The notes under the pieces were generated by a model. The model was not told where the DNA came from, searched no databases, and saw only the letters and a list, made by a program, of their open reading frames with translations. This document shows positions 42,764 to 55,800 of a DNA stretch of 64,000 nt, piece by piece. How positions within the stretch are numbered: position 1 is the first letter of the stretch; each line of letters opens with the position of its first letter. A program made the translations under genes and the position numbers. This stretch comes from Trichoplax sp. H2 (lineage: Eukaryota): positions 1,364,001 to 1,428,000 of the forward strand of contig NOWV01000001.1 in NCBI GenBank assembly GCA_003344405.1. The letters are read 5' to 3'.

Positions 42764-45515
42764 TTATGTCCTTCTTTTCTTTAGAAAGTAACTCATCTTT
42801 TCGTATACAACAAATGTAATACATGTTGCAGGAGTTACCCTAGTTCAATAAAATTATTGTGCGTTTAACAGGTATTAAAATTCTGCATCATCGGTAGAGC
42901 TCATTGCAATCAAAAAATTAGTTTGTTTCAATAACTACAGCATTACCTGATCAGATTTGGCGTTAGACCTTTATAGAATCCTCGAAAGCCTTCGTATCTA
43001 CAATTTTTAACCCAAAATAACTTTTATTAACTAGACTGAAAATAGTATATTCTGAGGATTGAACATAAAATTTGACATACTTTATAATCTTACGGATTGC
43101 ATCAATAGAGCCATCGTATTTTTGAGCTATGTGAGGGTCCTGTCATATTCATGTACAATGAAGGATAAAGAGTACGATAGCATTAAGCATATATTAAACG
43201 CTGATCTCTACAGCCTATTTTACAATAGTTGTAACACCTGCAAACGAGATCGGACTACTTGATAAGGATAGGTAGTAGATGATGCAAACGTTTTTGATAT
43301 TGCGGCCATACAAATATATTCAATAGCGCTCTAACGAAAAGCAATTTGAATGTTGAAAAGTAGAAATTTTAGGGGGCATAAAAGATGTGTGTATCTGTGA
43401 CGCACAGAGTGCTAATTACCAAATGCTTTTCGTTCGATTGTTTTCGGAATTTATTATAAGCCTTTTTGCATTCTTCATATGCAACAAATTGTATAACTCC
43501 ATGAGATACACCAAAAAGTCCCGGAGCGTAGCCCTTTTTTAATTCGATTTTATCGGTACATTAATAAAGTAAAGCAAACTTGATTTAAGATAAGTTTAAT
43601 GCCAACAAGGTTATACTGTACAGACCTTATAGAATCCTCTAATTCCTTCATTTTTATATATTTTGCTAAGTCCATCTAAGATATAATATATATAGTATGC
43701 ATACGTTCGTTAGCTGTATCACGTCACATTTCCAAATTCGAAATGATTGACTCTATTAAACCTACGGTACCCCTTTTCATACTGCTAAAGTAGTCACTAA
43801 GAATAGTTGTTTAAGGAATTTATGATCAAGGTAACGTACCTAGTAGTCCGTTATATGAAGGTGCAGATACTACCATTTCTCCAGTTTTGGTAGTTTGAAG
43901 TATCATTCTAGTTTTAACAACCCAAATGGGATTTGTCATAGTAAGGGTGCAAACACCTAGAAGATAGGAGTAAAGGTAAATACTTGCGAAGAATAGAGAA
44001 TCTATTGGTAATTGATAGCATTGACACATTTTTTAAAGCAAGACATATTGCATTCAACAACATCCTAAACTCCTATTTGCCTTTCCTATACAGGATGATA
44101 AAGAAATGCATATATTTCACGGATTCAGCCATCAATCCACGCCAGTACGTTTACCTGAAGATTATTTACGCATTTCAAAACCTAGCGTCAACTGCCCACT
44201 GAGTTAATTTAAATAAAAATACATTAACATGTCACCTGATATCGCTGCAGCTGTCATGTGTTTAGTAGGTCCTAGAGGTTGATTAGAACCAGCTTGAAAA
44301 TTGGCTTTAATAGCATTATAGCTGTTAAGCAGAATTAATTCCATTAGTCTTATAATGATAATTTTATTGACAGTAATTTAAAAGAAAATGCTGTCTTACA
44401 AGAAAAAGTACAATCCCCATGACGATCCTGCACCCCACATATTTGGTATAACGCCCTATTATGAAACAAAACACTAGATCAAAATTTTACAAGTGTGGGC
44501 ATCAACCATCACACATGATAGCTGTTGGAGATGGCTATCTAATTTCGTCGATTTTTACGGAGTGTTTTTATAATAATTTACATCTCATTTGAAGTGATGA
44601 TGATAACACATTAGGGCATTTATACTTGTATAGTATCACACAATTTGTTTATAGCAATTGGGTCCTATTGATGTTGTAATAAGATAGAATAAGAATACTC
44701 GTCTATAGAAAGTAAAAGTTATCAAGTTTACTACGGCATCTTAGAAGTCAATAAAGCAATTAGATGAAGACAATCGCAATTCAATACCTTCTCTGTTCTA
44801 ATTCTTCAATGGTACTGATTGATATTATACGACTACTCATGACTACTTGATCCAATGTAAGGGAGTATATGGACTACGATATCATCTCCTGGTTGTAATA
44901 TACTTTTGTATACCTGGTAAAAGCCTCGCAAGCCGTTTAATTGGATAGTAGACTTGCATGCTTGAACAAGGCCATTAAAATTGGGACGGTTAGAAAAGTG
45001 GCCATCACCAACTAAGGTAAAGGCAAGAGATTAATATTAGTTGATATCCTTCTAACGTTACATGGGCGAAATGATGCTATTGAAATTGTGCAAGTGAACT
45101 ATTTCCAATACAGTAGGACTTATCATTGAAGATTACTATTGCTTTATATATTTTATGTAGTGTTTTTCAGTTATTTGGATGATTTTCGATTTATACCAGA
45201 CTAAAAATTACAATATCTATAACATTTAGACATGATACCATCATGTCTATTCCAATGGAAAGAGCAATAACCAAACAATATTGGATGATAAAATGATCGC
45301 CTAATATTACGAATTGTATTGCTCTCCATGCAGGTTCTACCTTGAAATTTAACTTTGATGACATCCAATGGATGTAATGACAAGGTCGCTATTACACCAC
45401 CACAAACACCAGCCACTAAATGGTCATAATTAAGATGTCTCATGGCAGAATGAATTGTCCGGAATAAATTGTATTTATCCGAAGGAGTTGATTTTCCAGG
45501 ATCATCGGCAGCCAT
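42764..45515 (-). CDS. SLC25A32: Mitochondrial folate/FAD carrier (SLC25A32), ~10 exons
   Basis: The first exons are 45515-45341, 45011-44914, 44455-44400, 44321-44236 and 43956-43840; the last ends at the stop at 42764. Motifs: HLVAGVCGG...[47 protein letters not shown] and VTPATCITFVVYE. Confidence 0.93.
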
Positions 45516-45934
45516 GATGTTCTGATTGCGTTTGAAGACTAGTAGAACTTTCCGTACCCAGTACAGCACGAAGTATGACCGTATGCTGTTGTATGACACT
45601 CCTTGAAGTTCAGACCTCGATCCCCAGCCGATTGGAGCAGCAACGTTTCTTCCTCTACTAAAAGCTGTCGTGTTGCGCTCGATTTGGTAGAGTGTATTAC
45701 TGTCCTGTATGAGCGTGTTGTTCGTACTCAAATGTATCGTCAGTCGTTGGCGGGTGATGCTCACGCCGGTACGTACTGAACCCTCGGGTCATCTCCAGTG
45801 ACACTCACTATCGACTGAACGTACTACCACGACGGGCGGCTATTCAAGTCCATGTTTGAGGACTTTGATGTCCCAATCCAGAGTCCATCCTCAAGTAAAA
45901 ACACTCAAAAAGAGAGTGGACTGGCCAGTACTGA

Positions 45935-46072
45935 CAGGGATTACTCGAGCCAAATTGTACCCCGTGCATAAATACTGTCATCCCTACGCTTGATAGACAA
46001 GTTCTACTCTTGCAGACAGGGGTGACAGCTTTTATGCAACACGAGGTACAATTTGGATCGAGTAAGTCCCTG
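45935..46072. mobile_element. Small palindromic MITE-like element (~138 bp) with CAGGG...CCCTG termini
   Basis: The left arm cagggattactcgagccaaattgtaccccgtgcataaatactgtcatccct matches the reverse complement of the right arm, cagggacttactcgatccaaattgtacctcgtgttgcataaaagctgtcacccct. No exact target-site duplication is seen. Confidence 0.55.
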
Positions 46073-46094
46073 CTACTGTATCAAGTTGTAGTCT

Positions 46095-48760
46095 AATAAC
46101 TAACAGAATAACTTGAGTATTTTGTTAGTTTTTGGCATGGACGGCAAGCGTTTCTGACTATTTCTTTTAGTACAGGCATTTTAAAGGAGTGTAATAAATG
46201 CATCTAACCATATTTATCTTTGTCAAATGGTATTTTCGAAAAGGCTTCTACTACAGGATTTGAGGAATAGTAGAGCGATAATGCATGATTACAAGAATCT
46301 AGTCTAAAAAGTGAAAGTATTGCGAGCTCAAAGCGATGTGATGTCTCTTCTCCTCCGCCAGCTCATCTCTGCAGTTCTTAGAAACATTTCGTTGAATCCA
46401 TTTATGACAACTTGATTCATCTACAGCTATTACCATGAAAAATGATAAGCTTTACTCTATACAATTACAATAAAAATGTGTGGAAAATCATTGGAAAATA
46501 TCCTGATATTACACTTTGAAATATCCAATGACTTTCCACACACGCTGAGATTGACTTTTAGTTATAGACTCATAGTACATAGACTACTAGAAGCAGGGGC
46601 TACTCAACTAAAATTTCTCCCTGTAGTGATGCACCCCTATTCGGTTATACGGATAGCTGTATTTGTTATTGTTAGGTTACTTTAAATAGACATTATGGTG
46701 NNNNNNNNNNNNNNNNNNNNCATATTGTACGATGTGTTTCGAGTAGTCTAAGGTAAAGGAACCCTTGGCCGATCTAGAATGCATAGAATTCAACTGTAGT
46801 TGACGTTTTCCAAGATGTCCTGGCACTGAAGGACATTTGGTGGATTTGTTGTCATCACCATAAATTATTAAACCCTAAGAAAGCGTGACTTAACTCTGAC
46901 CGAACATTGGGATAATAATACAGGTAGGTAATATCCCCCTAAGCCGATTGTCCATGATGCGCCAATGTTGTGAACATACTAGTAGGGCCCAGTAAACAAA
47001 AAAGCTTGCAATATACAGTTTACAGATTGACTTTTAGTTATAGACTCATAGTACATAGACTACTAGAAGCAGGGGCTACTCAACTAAAATTTCTCCCTGT
47101 AGTGATGCACCCCTATTCGGTTATACGGATAGCTGTATTTGATATTGTTAGGTTACTTTAAATAGACATTATGGTGAAGCTAATATTCGATGATTGCTAT
47201 CTACTATATTAGAAATTGTTGATGACTAATAGTAGCCAGTTGACTAATTATGGTACAAGATTGATGTAGCTAGAAACACTGTAGTTGTTTTAAGATGCCC
47301 TTCTCCGAAAGGGCCTAGACGTTAATAGAAGAGTAGTGATATCTTAAGTAGAATGATTTCGACTGTAGAAAATAATGATGTCCTATTTGAGAAAATTATT
47401 TTAGTTTGATTACTCATGTCTGATTGTACAGCGTGTGTGGAAAGTCATTGGATATTTTAAAGTGTAATATCAGGATATTTTCCAATGATTTTCCACACAT
47501 TTTTATTGTAATCGTATAGAGTAAAGCTTATCATTTTTCATGGTAATAGCTGTAGATGAATCAAGTTGTCATAAATGGATTCAACGAAATGTTTCTAAGA
47601 ACTGCAGAGATGAGCTGGCGGAGGAGAAGAGACATCACATCGCTTTGAGCTCGCAATACTTTCACTTTTTAGACTAGATTCTTGTAATCATGCATTATCG
47701 CTCTACTATTCCTCAAACCGTGTAGTAAAAGCCTTTTCGAAAATACCATTTGACAAAGATAAATATGGGTAGATGCATTTATTACACTCCTTTAAAATGC
47801 CTGTACTAAAAGAAATAGTCAGAAACGCTTGCCGTCCATGGCAAAAACTAACAAAATACTCGAGTTATTCTGTTAGTTATTGGACCATTTGACAAAGATA
47901 AATATGGTTAGATGCATTTATTACACTCCTTTAAAATGCCTGTACTAAAAGAAATAGTCAGAAACGCTTGCCGTCCATGGCAAAAACTAACAAAATACTC
48001 GAGTTATTCTGTTAGTTATTGGACCATTTGACAAAGATAAATATGGTCAGATGCATTTATTACACTCCTTTAAAATGCCTGTACTAAAAGAAATAGTCAG
48101 AAACGCTTGCCGTCCATGGCAAAAACTAACAAAATACTCGAGTTATTCTGTTAGTTATTGGACCATTTGACAAAGATAAATATGGTCAGATGCATTTATT
48201 ACACTCCNNNNNNNNNNNNNNNNNNNNTATCTACTATATTAGAAATTGTTGATGACTAATAGTAGCCAGTTGACTAATTATGGTACAAGATTGATGTAGC
48301 TAGAAACACTGTAGTTGTTAAGATGCCCTTCTCCGAAAGGGCCTAGACGTTAATAGAAGAGTAGTGATATCTTAAGTAGAATAATTTCGACTGTAGAAAA
48401 TAATAATGTCCTATTTGAGAAAATTATTTTAGTTTGATGACTCATGTCTGATTGTACAGTAAACTGTATATTGCACGCTTTTTTGTTTACTGGGCCCTAC
48501 TAGTAGGTTCACAACATTGGCGCATCATGGACAATCGGCTTAGGGGATATTACCTACCTGCATTATTATCCCAATGTTCGGTCAGTATTAGGTCTTGCTT
48601 TCTTAGGGTTTAATAATTTATGGTGATGACAACAAATCCACCAAATGTCCTTCAGTGCCAGGACATCATGGAAAACGTCAACTACAGTTGAATTCTATGC
48701 ATTCTAGATCGGCCAAGGGTTCCTTTACCTTAGACTACTCGAAACACATCGTACAATATG
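46095..48760. repeat. Duplicated/inverted block: two versions of one locus differing by a ~405-bp inversion, split by assembly gaps
   Basis: 46095-46547 is the reverse complement of 47429-47881. 46548-46700 equals 47024-47176. 46721-47023 is the reverse complement of 48459-48760. 47198-47430 equals 48228-48458. Confidence 0.88.
47745..48207. repeat. 139-bp tandem repeat, at least 3.3 near-identical copies running into a gap
   Basis: accatttgacaaagataaatatgg starts at 47745, 47884, 48023 and 48162. Confidence 0.9.
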
Positions 48761-49858
48761 CATTATTCTACCTATAGCATATTAATTAGGGATATTCTAC
48801 ATAATATCAAGTCTATTTTTTGGATAGAACAATTGAACATCAGCCTTTTAGCACCTTCAGGCAATGTTAATCCCTCCACTGAGTAATGAACTACGATATA
48901 AACGGAGGTTATTAAAGTCTCAATTTTGCATCAAGCAACATGCTAATGCAATCGTTTCATTTTAGACTTCAAATAATTTCAATATCCATAGAAAGGAAAA
49001 TATTGGTGGGTATGGCTGTATTATAGCAGAACGGAAATGACTAAATTAAAAGTTCAGTCTACTTATCAATTCATTAATTATGGCGCAATAACGAGCGAGA
49101 TCGCACTGTTAGGGTTATCTACCTTTGAGATGATAGACATAAGCAATATGAAATAGCATCCGTAACTCGATAGACCACTTAATATAAAAAAGAAAAATTT
49201 GATTCTGACTAGTGGAACGCTAAAGTGAATAAAAATAAAGTAGTAAAATCATCAAATGACTCGTCTCTGTAGTAATCATAGTTATTGCCAATGATTTAAT
49301 ACGGAAATTCTTCCAAATATCGAATATTGGAACTTTTCGGAAGTACAATGTAGCGAAGCAAATGCAAGTTATTATTCATTATCTATGAACGTAGATATAT
49401 AATAAAATTCAGAAAGAGAGTAATGAATGAAAATTCTTCAATTCAATACGTTATATAATACAGACTCTTGCAATCATACTATTAGCCAAATATGCTACAT
49501 GAAGATAGATGATAAACATCAGTAAATACCGCATGATGATTAAATCCTATGCATTCACATTTTCTTTCTTAATATATAAGCAGAGATTGTAACATAGCTA
49601 GTTGTGATTAAGGTTTAACAATTTTGATTAAATTACATTAAAAATAATCATAATAATTACAATATCGCAATCGGAATAATTGTCTTAATCCTTTGTCATT
49701 GGTGCCCGTTGTAAAATATTAAAACCGTCATATAATATTACGAATGCCAGTTAAAATTGTTATTAACAATATACATCGTGTGCTTGCTTATTTATACTAC
49801 TGAGATATTGGTGTAAGCCAATAAATTAAATTAAAACTTAAATCAAGAGAGAATGGCG

Positions 49859-52800
49859 CTATGTTAGTCGTGGTGAATTATTCTTGATGCGCGATGCAGC
49901 GTTAAATAATAATTGCTCCATAATATGATTCCTAATATCTTCACTTATCGAATTAGCTGGCATTAATATCATGTCAGCGATACGACTATTTTCTCTCACT
50001 GCTTCCAATAAATGACGACCCCCTTCATCTCCAATATGATTGGAATCTAAATCGATGGATGAAATTGATTTATTATGCTTGATTCCATCGGCTATAATTG
50101 CGGCACCTTCATCACCTAATCGATTATAATCAAGTGATAAAGTTGTAATTGTGCTATTAACTTTGAGTGAATCGGCAATTGCTTTCCATCCATTCGGTCC
50201 AATTGAAGGATTACCACTAAGATTTAAGGTTGTGATAGATGGACAACTTACTAACAATCTAGCAATGTCTTTTGCACCGGCATCACTTATGTTACAATCA
50301 CCCAAATCGATATGATTAAGATTAAGTTTTTCACTCATCCCTCTGCTACTAGATTCCATTGATAATTGGTCGTTTGAATTTTCAACGCCACCTATTTCTA
50401 TCAATCCATCAACAAGATTTTTAACACCTTCATCTTGCAACGGATTTCCATGCAACCTATTATTACAATCAAATTGCAATTGAATTAGCTGTTGTACTGG
50501 TCATCAATTCCAGTCTATCAAAGAACGAGGATTAATTTGAACAAGTAGAAGCGCTTTACTAACATTAAGATTTCTATAGACGGTTGTGAGCGAAGAACTG
50601 CAATAACATGCTTTCCACCTTCAGGCCCGATACGGTTCAAATTTAAGTTCAACATCTATTTCATAAAGTCAATCGAAATCAATGGATGGAAGTCATAATC
50701 GTTTTGGACTTTTTTTTAATTTTACGTAAAGATGATTAAAAAAACTGCATTCTTTCACATTAAAAATAAACTTAAGTCATTTAATATCATTAGTCAGTAG
50801 AAGTGATATAAAAACTAGGGATGATATTGATATACTGTATTTGTATTTTTAAATATGGTCTGCATTATTGCTGGCTATATTACTTACTGTTATATTAGCT
50901 GAAGATTTTTGAATTGATTCCGATAACATCTTGAGACTTTCATCATCGATATTGCTATTGCGAACAGTAATAGAATCAAGGCTTTCTTTCGTTTCCACCA
51001 TTGTTGCCAATTCCTTTATCTAATTTGTAAAAGTTGAATGTGCTACTATTAGCATGATATTAAATAGATTCCTGATGATCACTCTTAATTAGAGATACGC
51101 ACTTGATCATGGGTTAGAGAAGCACTGACTAGATCCAGTCCTTGTTTCTCTTCGGCTGAGCTAGTTGTATTGACTGTGGAAAGATCAAATGAATTAGACC
51201 TTACTAATACCAATTTATCATAATCAGTAGAGTGCACATCACACTGTTTGGTTGCTTACCTTCATGCGCGCCATTGGTAATATTGCTTTCATAAGCATCA
51301 TCATGTTCGTTATGATAGCTTTCGTTACTTGATTGCAAATCATTAGCCGAGTATCCAGTATCTTTAGCCTCTTGATCACTGTTACTGTGTATACTTTCCC
51401 GATCTTGTTTGTCGCTACCGATATCAAGAGTTGGGCTATCCGTTGTAGCTCTATCTTCAATATTATAATTACTATCATAGCTATCAATGTGGATCTCTGG
51501 TGGCGGATTGACTCCATCTTGCAAGTCTGCATTATGAGTTGTAGTATCCTCCGCCGCCAACAGTTCCGATTCAGATTCCCTATTCTGCGGCGGATTGATT
51601 GATTCATGATCACTCTTATCTTGAAGTTGTTGATGTTCGTCAGTAGGATCTGTTGGAGAAATTTCAGGATCCAATTCCTTATCTGATATCAAATGTTCAG
51701 AACCTTCAGTTACTTTATTACTATCTGCTACGTCTTCGTTAATTTCTAATGTATTAGGATCATCAGAATGATGAACTATGTCAGAATTCTCCATTATATC
51801 ATCAGATCCTTGGTCATTCCTTTCTTCGTGAACCTCAAATTCAGTTGTTTCACTTAAGTTGGTGGTTTCGTTCTCGTTGTAATGCTCATCTACATCTTGA
51901 TCATGAGTTCCTTCGTCGTTGTCATTAGCGTTATCCATGATTTCTTTATCGTGATCTTCAGGTTGATCAGGTGCAGTTTCATTACCAACATAACTCGGTT
52001 CATCTTGCTTAATTTCTTGCTCTTGGCTTTTTATTGAATCTGAATCTCTTACAGGATCAGCTTCTTCATTCTCATTATAGTTAGTATTATCGCTTTCTGC
52101 CTGAACTTGATCCGGTTCTTCATGCTCAGATTTCAATGATTCATTATCATTTATAGAGGTTGTATCTACATGATCTTCGGCTAGATCTTGTTGAACTAGT
52201 TCTTGATCTTCTTCTACTACAGCCCCATTTGATGTGATAGTTGCCTCAAGGGGAGGTGATGAAGATCGGTTCAGATTTTCTTTTTCGATCGGTTCATCAT
52301 CATGATTTGATTGATTAGCTTCGGCTTCAAATTCTACGGGTAGAGCTTCTTCTTCTTCCTTCGCCTGCCGATCTATCGTATCAACATCATGATCATCTTT
52401 CTCTTCTTCAATAGGTTGATTCATAGTATTTGCATCAGTTTCTTCTGCTAATGGTGTTTCTTCTTCTTCTACGGCTCCTTCGTCGAGGTCACTAGTCTTA
52501 ACCTCTTCCGCTAAATGAGATTCTTCTTCTGTATCTAGATTCGTAGTATTGATATTATCCTCTTGTAGAGTCTTTGATTCTTCTGTTTCATTATGGATAC
52601 CATCTAATTGTGACGTATTAGCAGTTGCCTCTATTTCGGTTTCTTCTGGATCTGTATTTTGTTCTTCTACTTGTGGCTGATTAGATTCAAAATGATCAGG
52701 CAAGGCGTTAAATTGGCTTTCTCCATCCGCGAATCGGTCCGATTGCTGTATAATCGCGATTGGCTCGGTAGCATTATCGTCGTCAAATTGTTGTTTTTGT

Positions 52801-55800
52801 AGTGAATTGTCTGTGATCTCTTCTAACAGCTTATCAGATGGCACTTCTACTTCTTTGTGGTTATCTTCTTCTTGCTGATCAGTGGGTGCTGCTATCGCTT
52901 CAGAGTAATGTTCTGTAGGCTGAGCTTGCTCTAGCTGTGCTTCATAAATCCTCTCTTCTTCGTCTGGCAGATTATTTTCTTGTACCTCTTCTTTTTCTAT
53001 AGCAATTACTGCTTCATCATTATCCTGATGATGTAAATCACTATCATCTTGTACAGGGTGCTCATCTTGGATATTATCATCGTTATCCAAATAGTCAGTT
53101 TTTTCTTCACGATCAGATTCACTTTCTTTATCATTAAAGCGCTGATTTACTTCAGAATCATCAATTATTTCTTCATCTTTGAATCTGTTTTCGGTCATCT
53201 CTTCTAGATCTTTATCAACATCATTATATAGTTCTATACGTACATTAGGTTAACAAGAAATTTTTAATAAGTAATACCCTTATATATATTTTAAACATTT
53301 ATCTAAGCTATACTCTAACATTTGCTACATACCAACTTTTAAAGAAGACTGACTTATTTTATATTACTAAGATCTTAAAGAGTGAATTATGGTAGGATTG
53401 AAATCAAGTCATTTCAATTTAACACATAATTTAGACGTCCTAATCAAATGCTATTTCTACCGATTAAATTAAATAACAGGTAATATTAATAATAAATTCA
53501 ACTTTATTATTACCTCCTTGATCATCACCATGGTCCTGACGGTCAAAATCTTCAGAACTAGATTCATTGTATGTATATGAAGGAGAAGGATGGTCATCGT
53601 CATGATGATCGGATTGATAATCGTTAGGTCGGGAATCCTCTATTAACTCCTTGTTATCTTCATGATCTGAAGCCTGTGCTTCAGAATTATAAGCATCATC
53701 ATCTTTTTCAAATTCATCTTGATAATAATCCTCTAATTGTTGATCTGCGGCAGTATCATCATGATCTGAGTGAATAGTTTTCATGTTATCGCTAGGCTCA
53801 TCTAGAGGATCATTATTATGATCGCTCTCTTCGTCAAACTTGTCATCATCATAATCATATTCGCTTTTTTGCTCTTCTTTATTAGCCTGGTATTTGTAAC
53901 GGATAAGAAATGATATTAAGTAGGATATACCGGCTACAAATAGAATAAATTTTTTTAACCAATTAATTATATTATTGAACGTATACAGTAGTATCGTCTG
54001 CTGACCTGATAGCTAGCTATCATAAATTATTATGTATGACAATTTTAGCGTATTATTGTTACCTCATTATCTTCTTCGAATTTCTCATCATCGTATTGAG
54101 AATATTGATCTTGATTATCATCATCAGCATCAGATAAATTTTTTAATTCTTCGCTAGTTTTGTCATCAAATTTAGTTGATTGAATGTGATCAATATTAAA
54201 TGAACCTTCTTCTCTTTCAATTGCTGTAATAGCATCTTCCATCTCATCGATATCTTGAGATGTAACTGCAGTACTTTCAGCTGTTGTCAAGGTTTGCTCA
54301 TCTTGTTGTTCAATTTCCTTTTTTTCTTCTTCGCTCATCGAATTCTTTACTCGACTTCCATATGCTGTTCTTGGTCTGTTGGAAACATTAAACGTTGAAC
54401 TATTTTTTAATTCCAATGCTAATTTAACGATACAGTAGTAGCGCAACTAGTCATTTCTCTCTAATTGTTGATACAGAAATGAAGTACTTTCTTTAACTAT
54501 CTTAAATAATTCAAATGGTAACCATAATCTTATAGAATCGAATAATCTAATTAGTTTACCTTTTGCGAGCCAATTCAATCCCTCGTTGATTAAGAACGGG
54601 TATACTCTCGTCAGTTTCGCTCTAAATATGAACAAATATTTAAATGTTAATACTCGAATTATTTTATGCTTAGCTTTTAATTTCTTCATGTCATACTGTA
54701 TGATACGTATAGCTGAGGTCTAGGAAATAATATTTTGCTATATTTAATAAGAAGTATGCTACATTAAAATGTTAGCCGTTACTTTTAACATTGATCATTA
54801 TGAATTATAATATAAACACTACTAAACTGGAATCGTTAAGATAAATTATTTCTTTCACAGCTAAAGATAGTTACTAACATTTGTTTCCAGAGTATCGGTG
54901 ATTGCAATTTTGGGCTTATTTGGTGATTTTGCTCTGGATAACATCTTTGCGGTTGCTAAGCATCTATTTATATTAAATATTTGACGATACTTAACAATTT
55001 AATACATACACGCGTATATATATATATATCAAGTTAAAATGGCACAGCTAACTTCAAGCGTTAATTTTTAATGTATGGTACGTAATTGTATACACTGAAT
55101 GTCATGAATACCAAGCAAATTGACATACTTATAACAAGGTGCAGCACCATCTGCTCCAACATATACAAAGTGGCTGCCTAATTTCTGGCCTGCTCGATGC
55201 TTATACTCACAGCAAGCACTTACACGAATATCTTGCATACCATTAACGTAAACGGTTAATCCAAAAGGTGATCCGCGATGTCGTCTTGAAGTAAACTTAA
55301 AGGTAGCTATAAAGTAAGATAGAAATTGGCAATAGATTAGAATTAATTATTGATGTTTCTCATTATAATCGAATATTAGTTACAAATATGAAGATTATAA
55401 AATACTCTCTTATATGTTATAATCGCGACAGTAACAATACTTTTCGTAGTAAAGTACCCAATCGGACAACTAAATAACAATTTTAAAGATTTCATAACCA
55501 TAAGGGTTTATATCACGCTAAAATTAGACGAATATCTGCTAGCATCAGAGTTGCGTACTAGTAATTAAATATCATAGTTTGTATTTCACCAATTTATTAT
55601 CAAAACTGTAGTTACTACATTAGTACGTATAAAATCATAGAGGATACTACAACATGTTTGAAACCTTAATAAAGTATAGTATATTTACTTATACTATACT
55701 ATGGTAAAGGATTGATAATTCATGATATGTTACACTTCTTGCATTTCTAAATCTTTAGTCAGGTAAATCATAAAACTTACTATTAGGCGTCAATTTCCCT

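Noticed and set aside
46476-47161. Two short ORFs sharing RLTFSYRLIVHRLLEAGATQ...
   Set aside because: The identity simply reflects the duplicated segment B; there is no coding evidence.
51239-51613. Alternative-frame and antisense ORFs inside long exons (also 29823-30058, 34952-35200, 35698-35895, 37142-37378)
   Set aside because: Shadow ORFs expected from biased codon usage in real exons.
54045-54689. Two same-frame ORFs separated by a single TAG (possible readthrough)
   Set aside because: Normal splicing of ERICH3 (AAAG|GTAAAC donor to CCAACAG acceptor) skips the stop.
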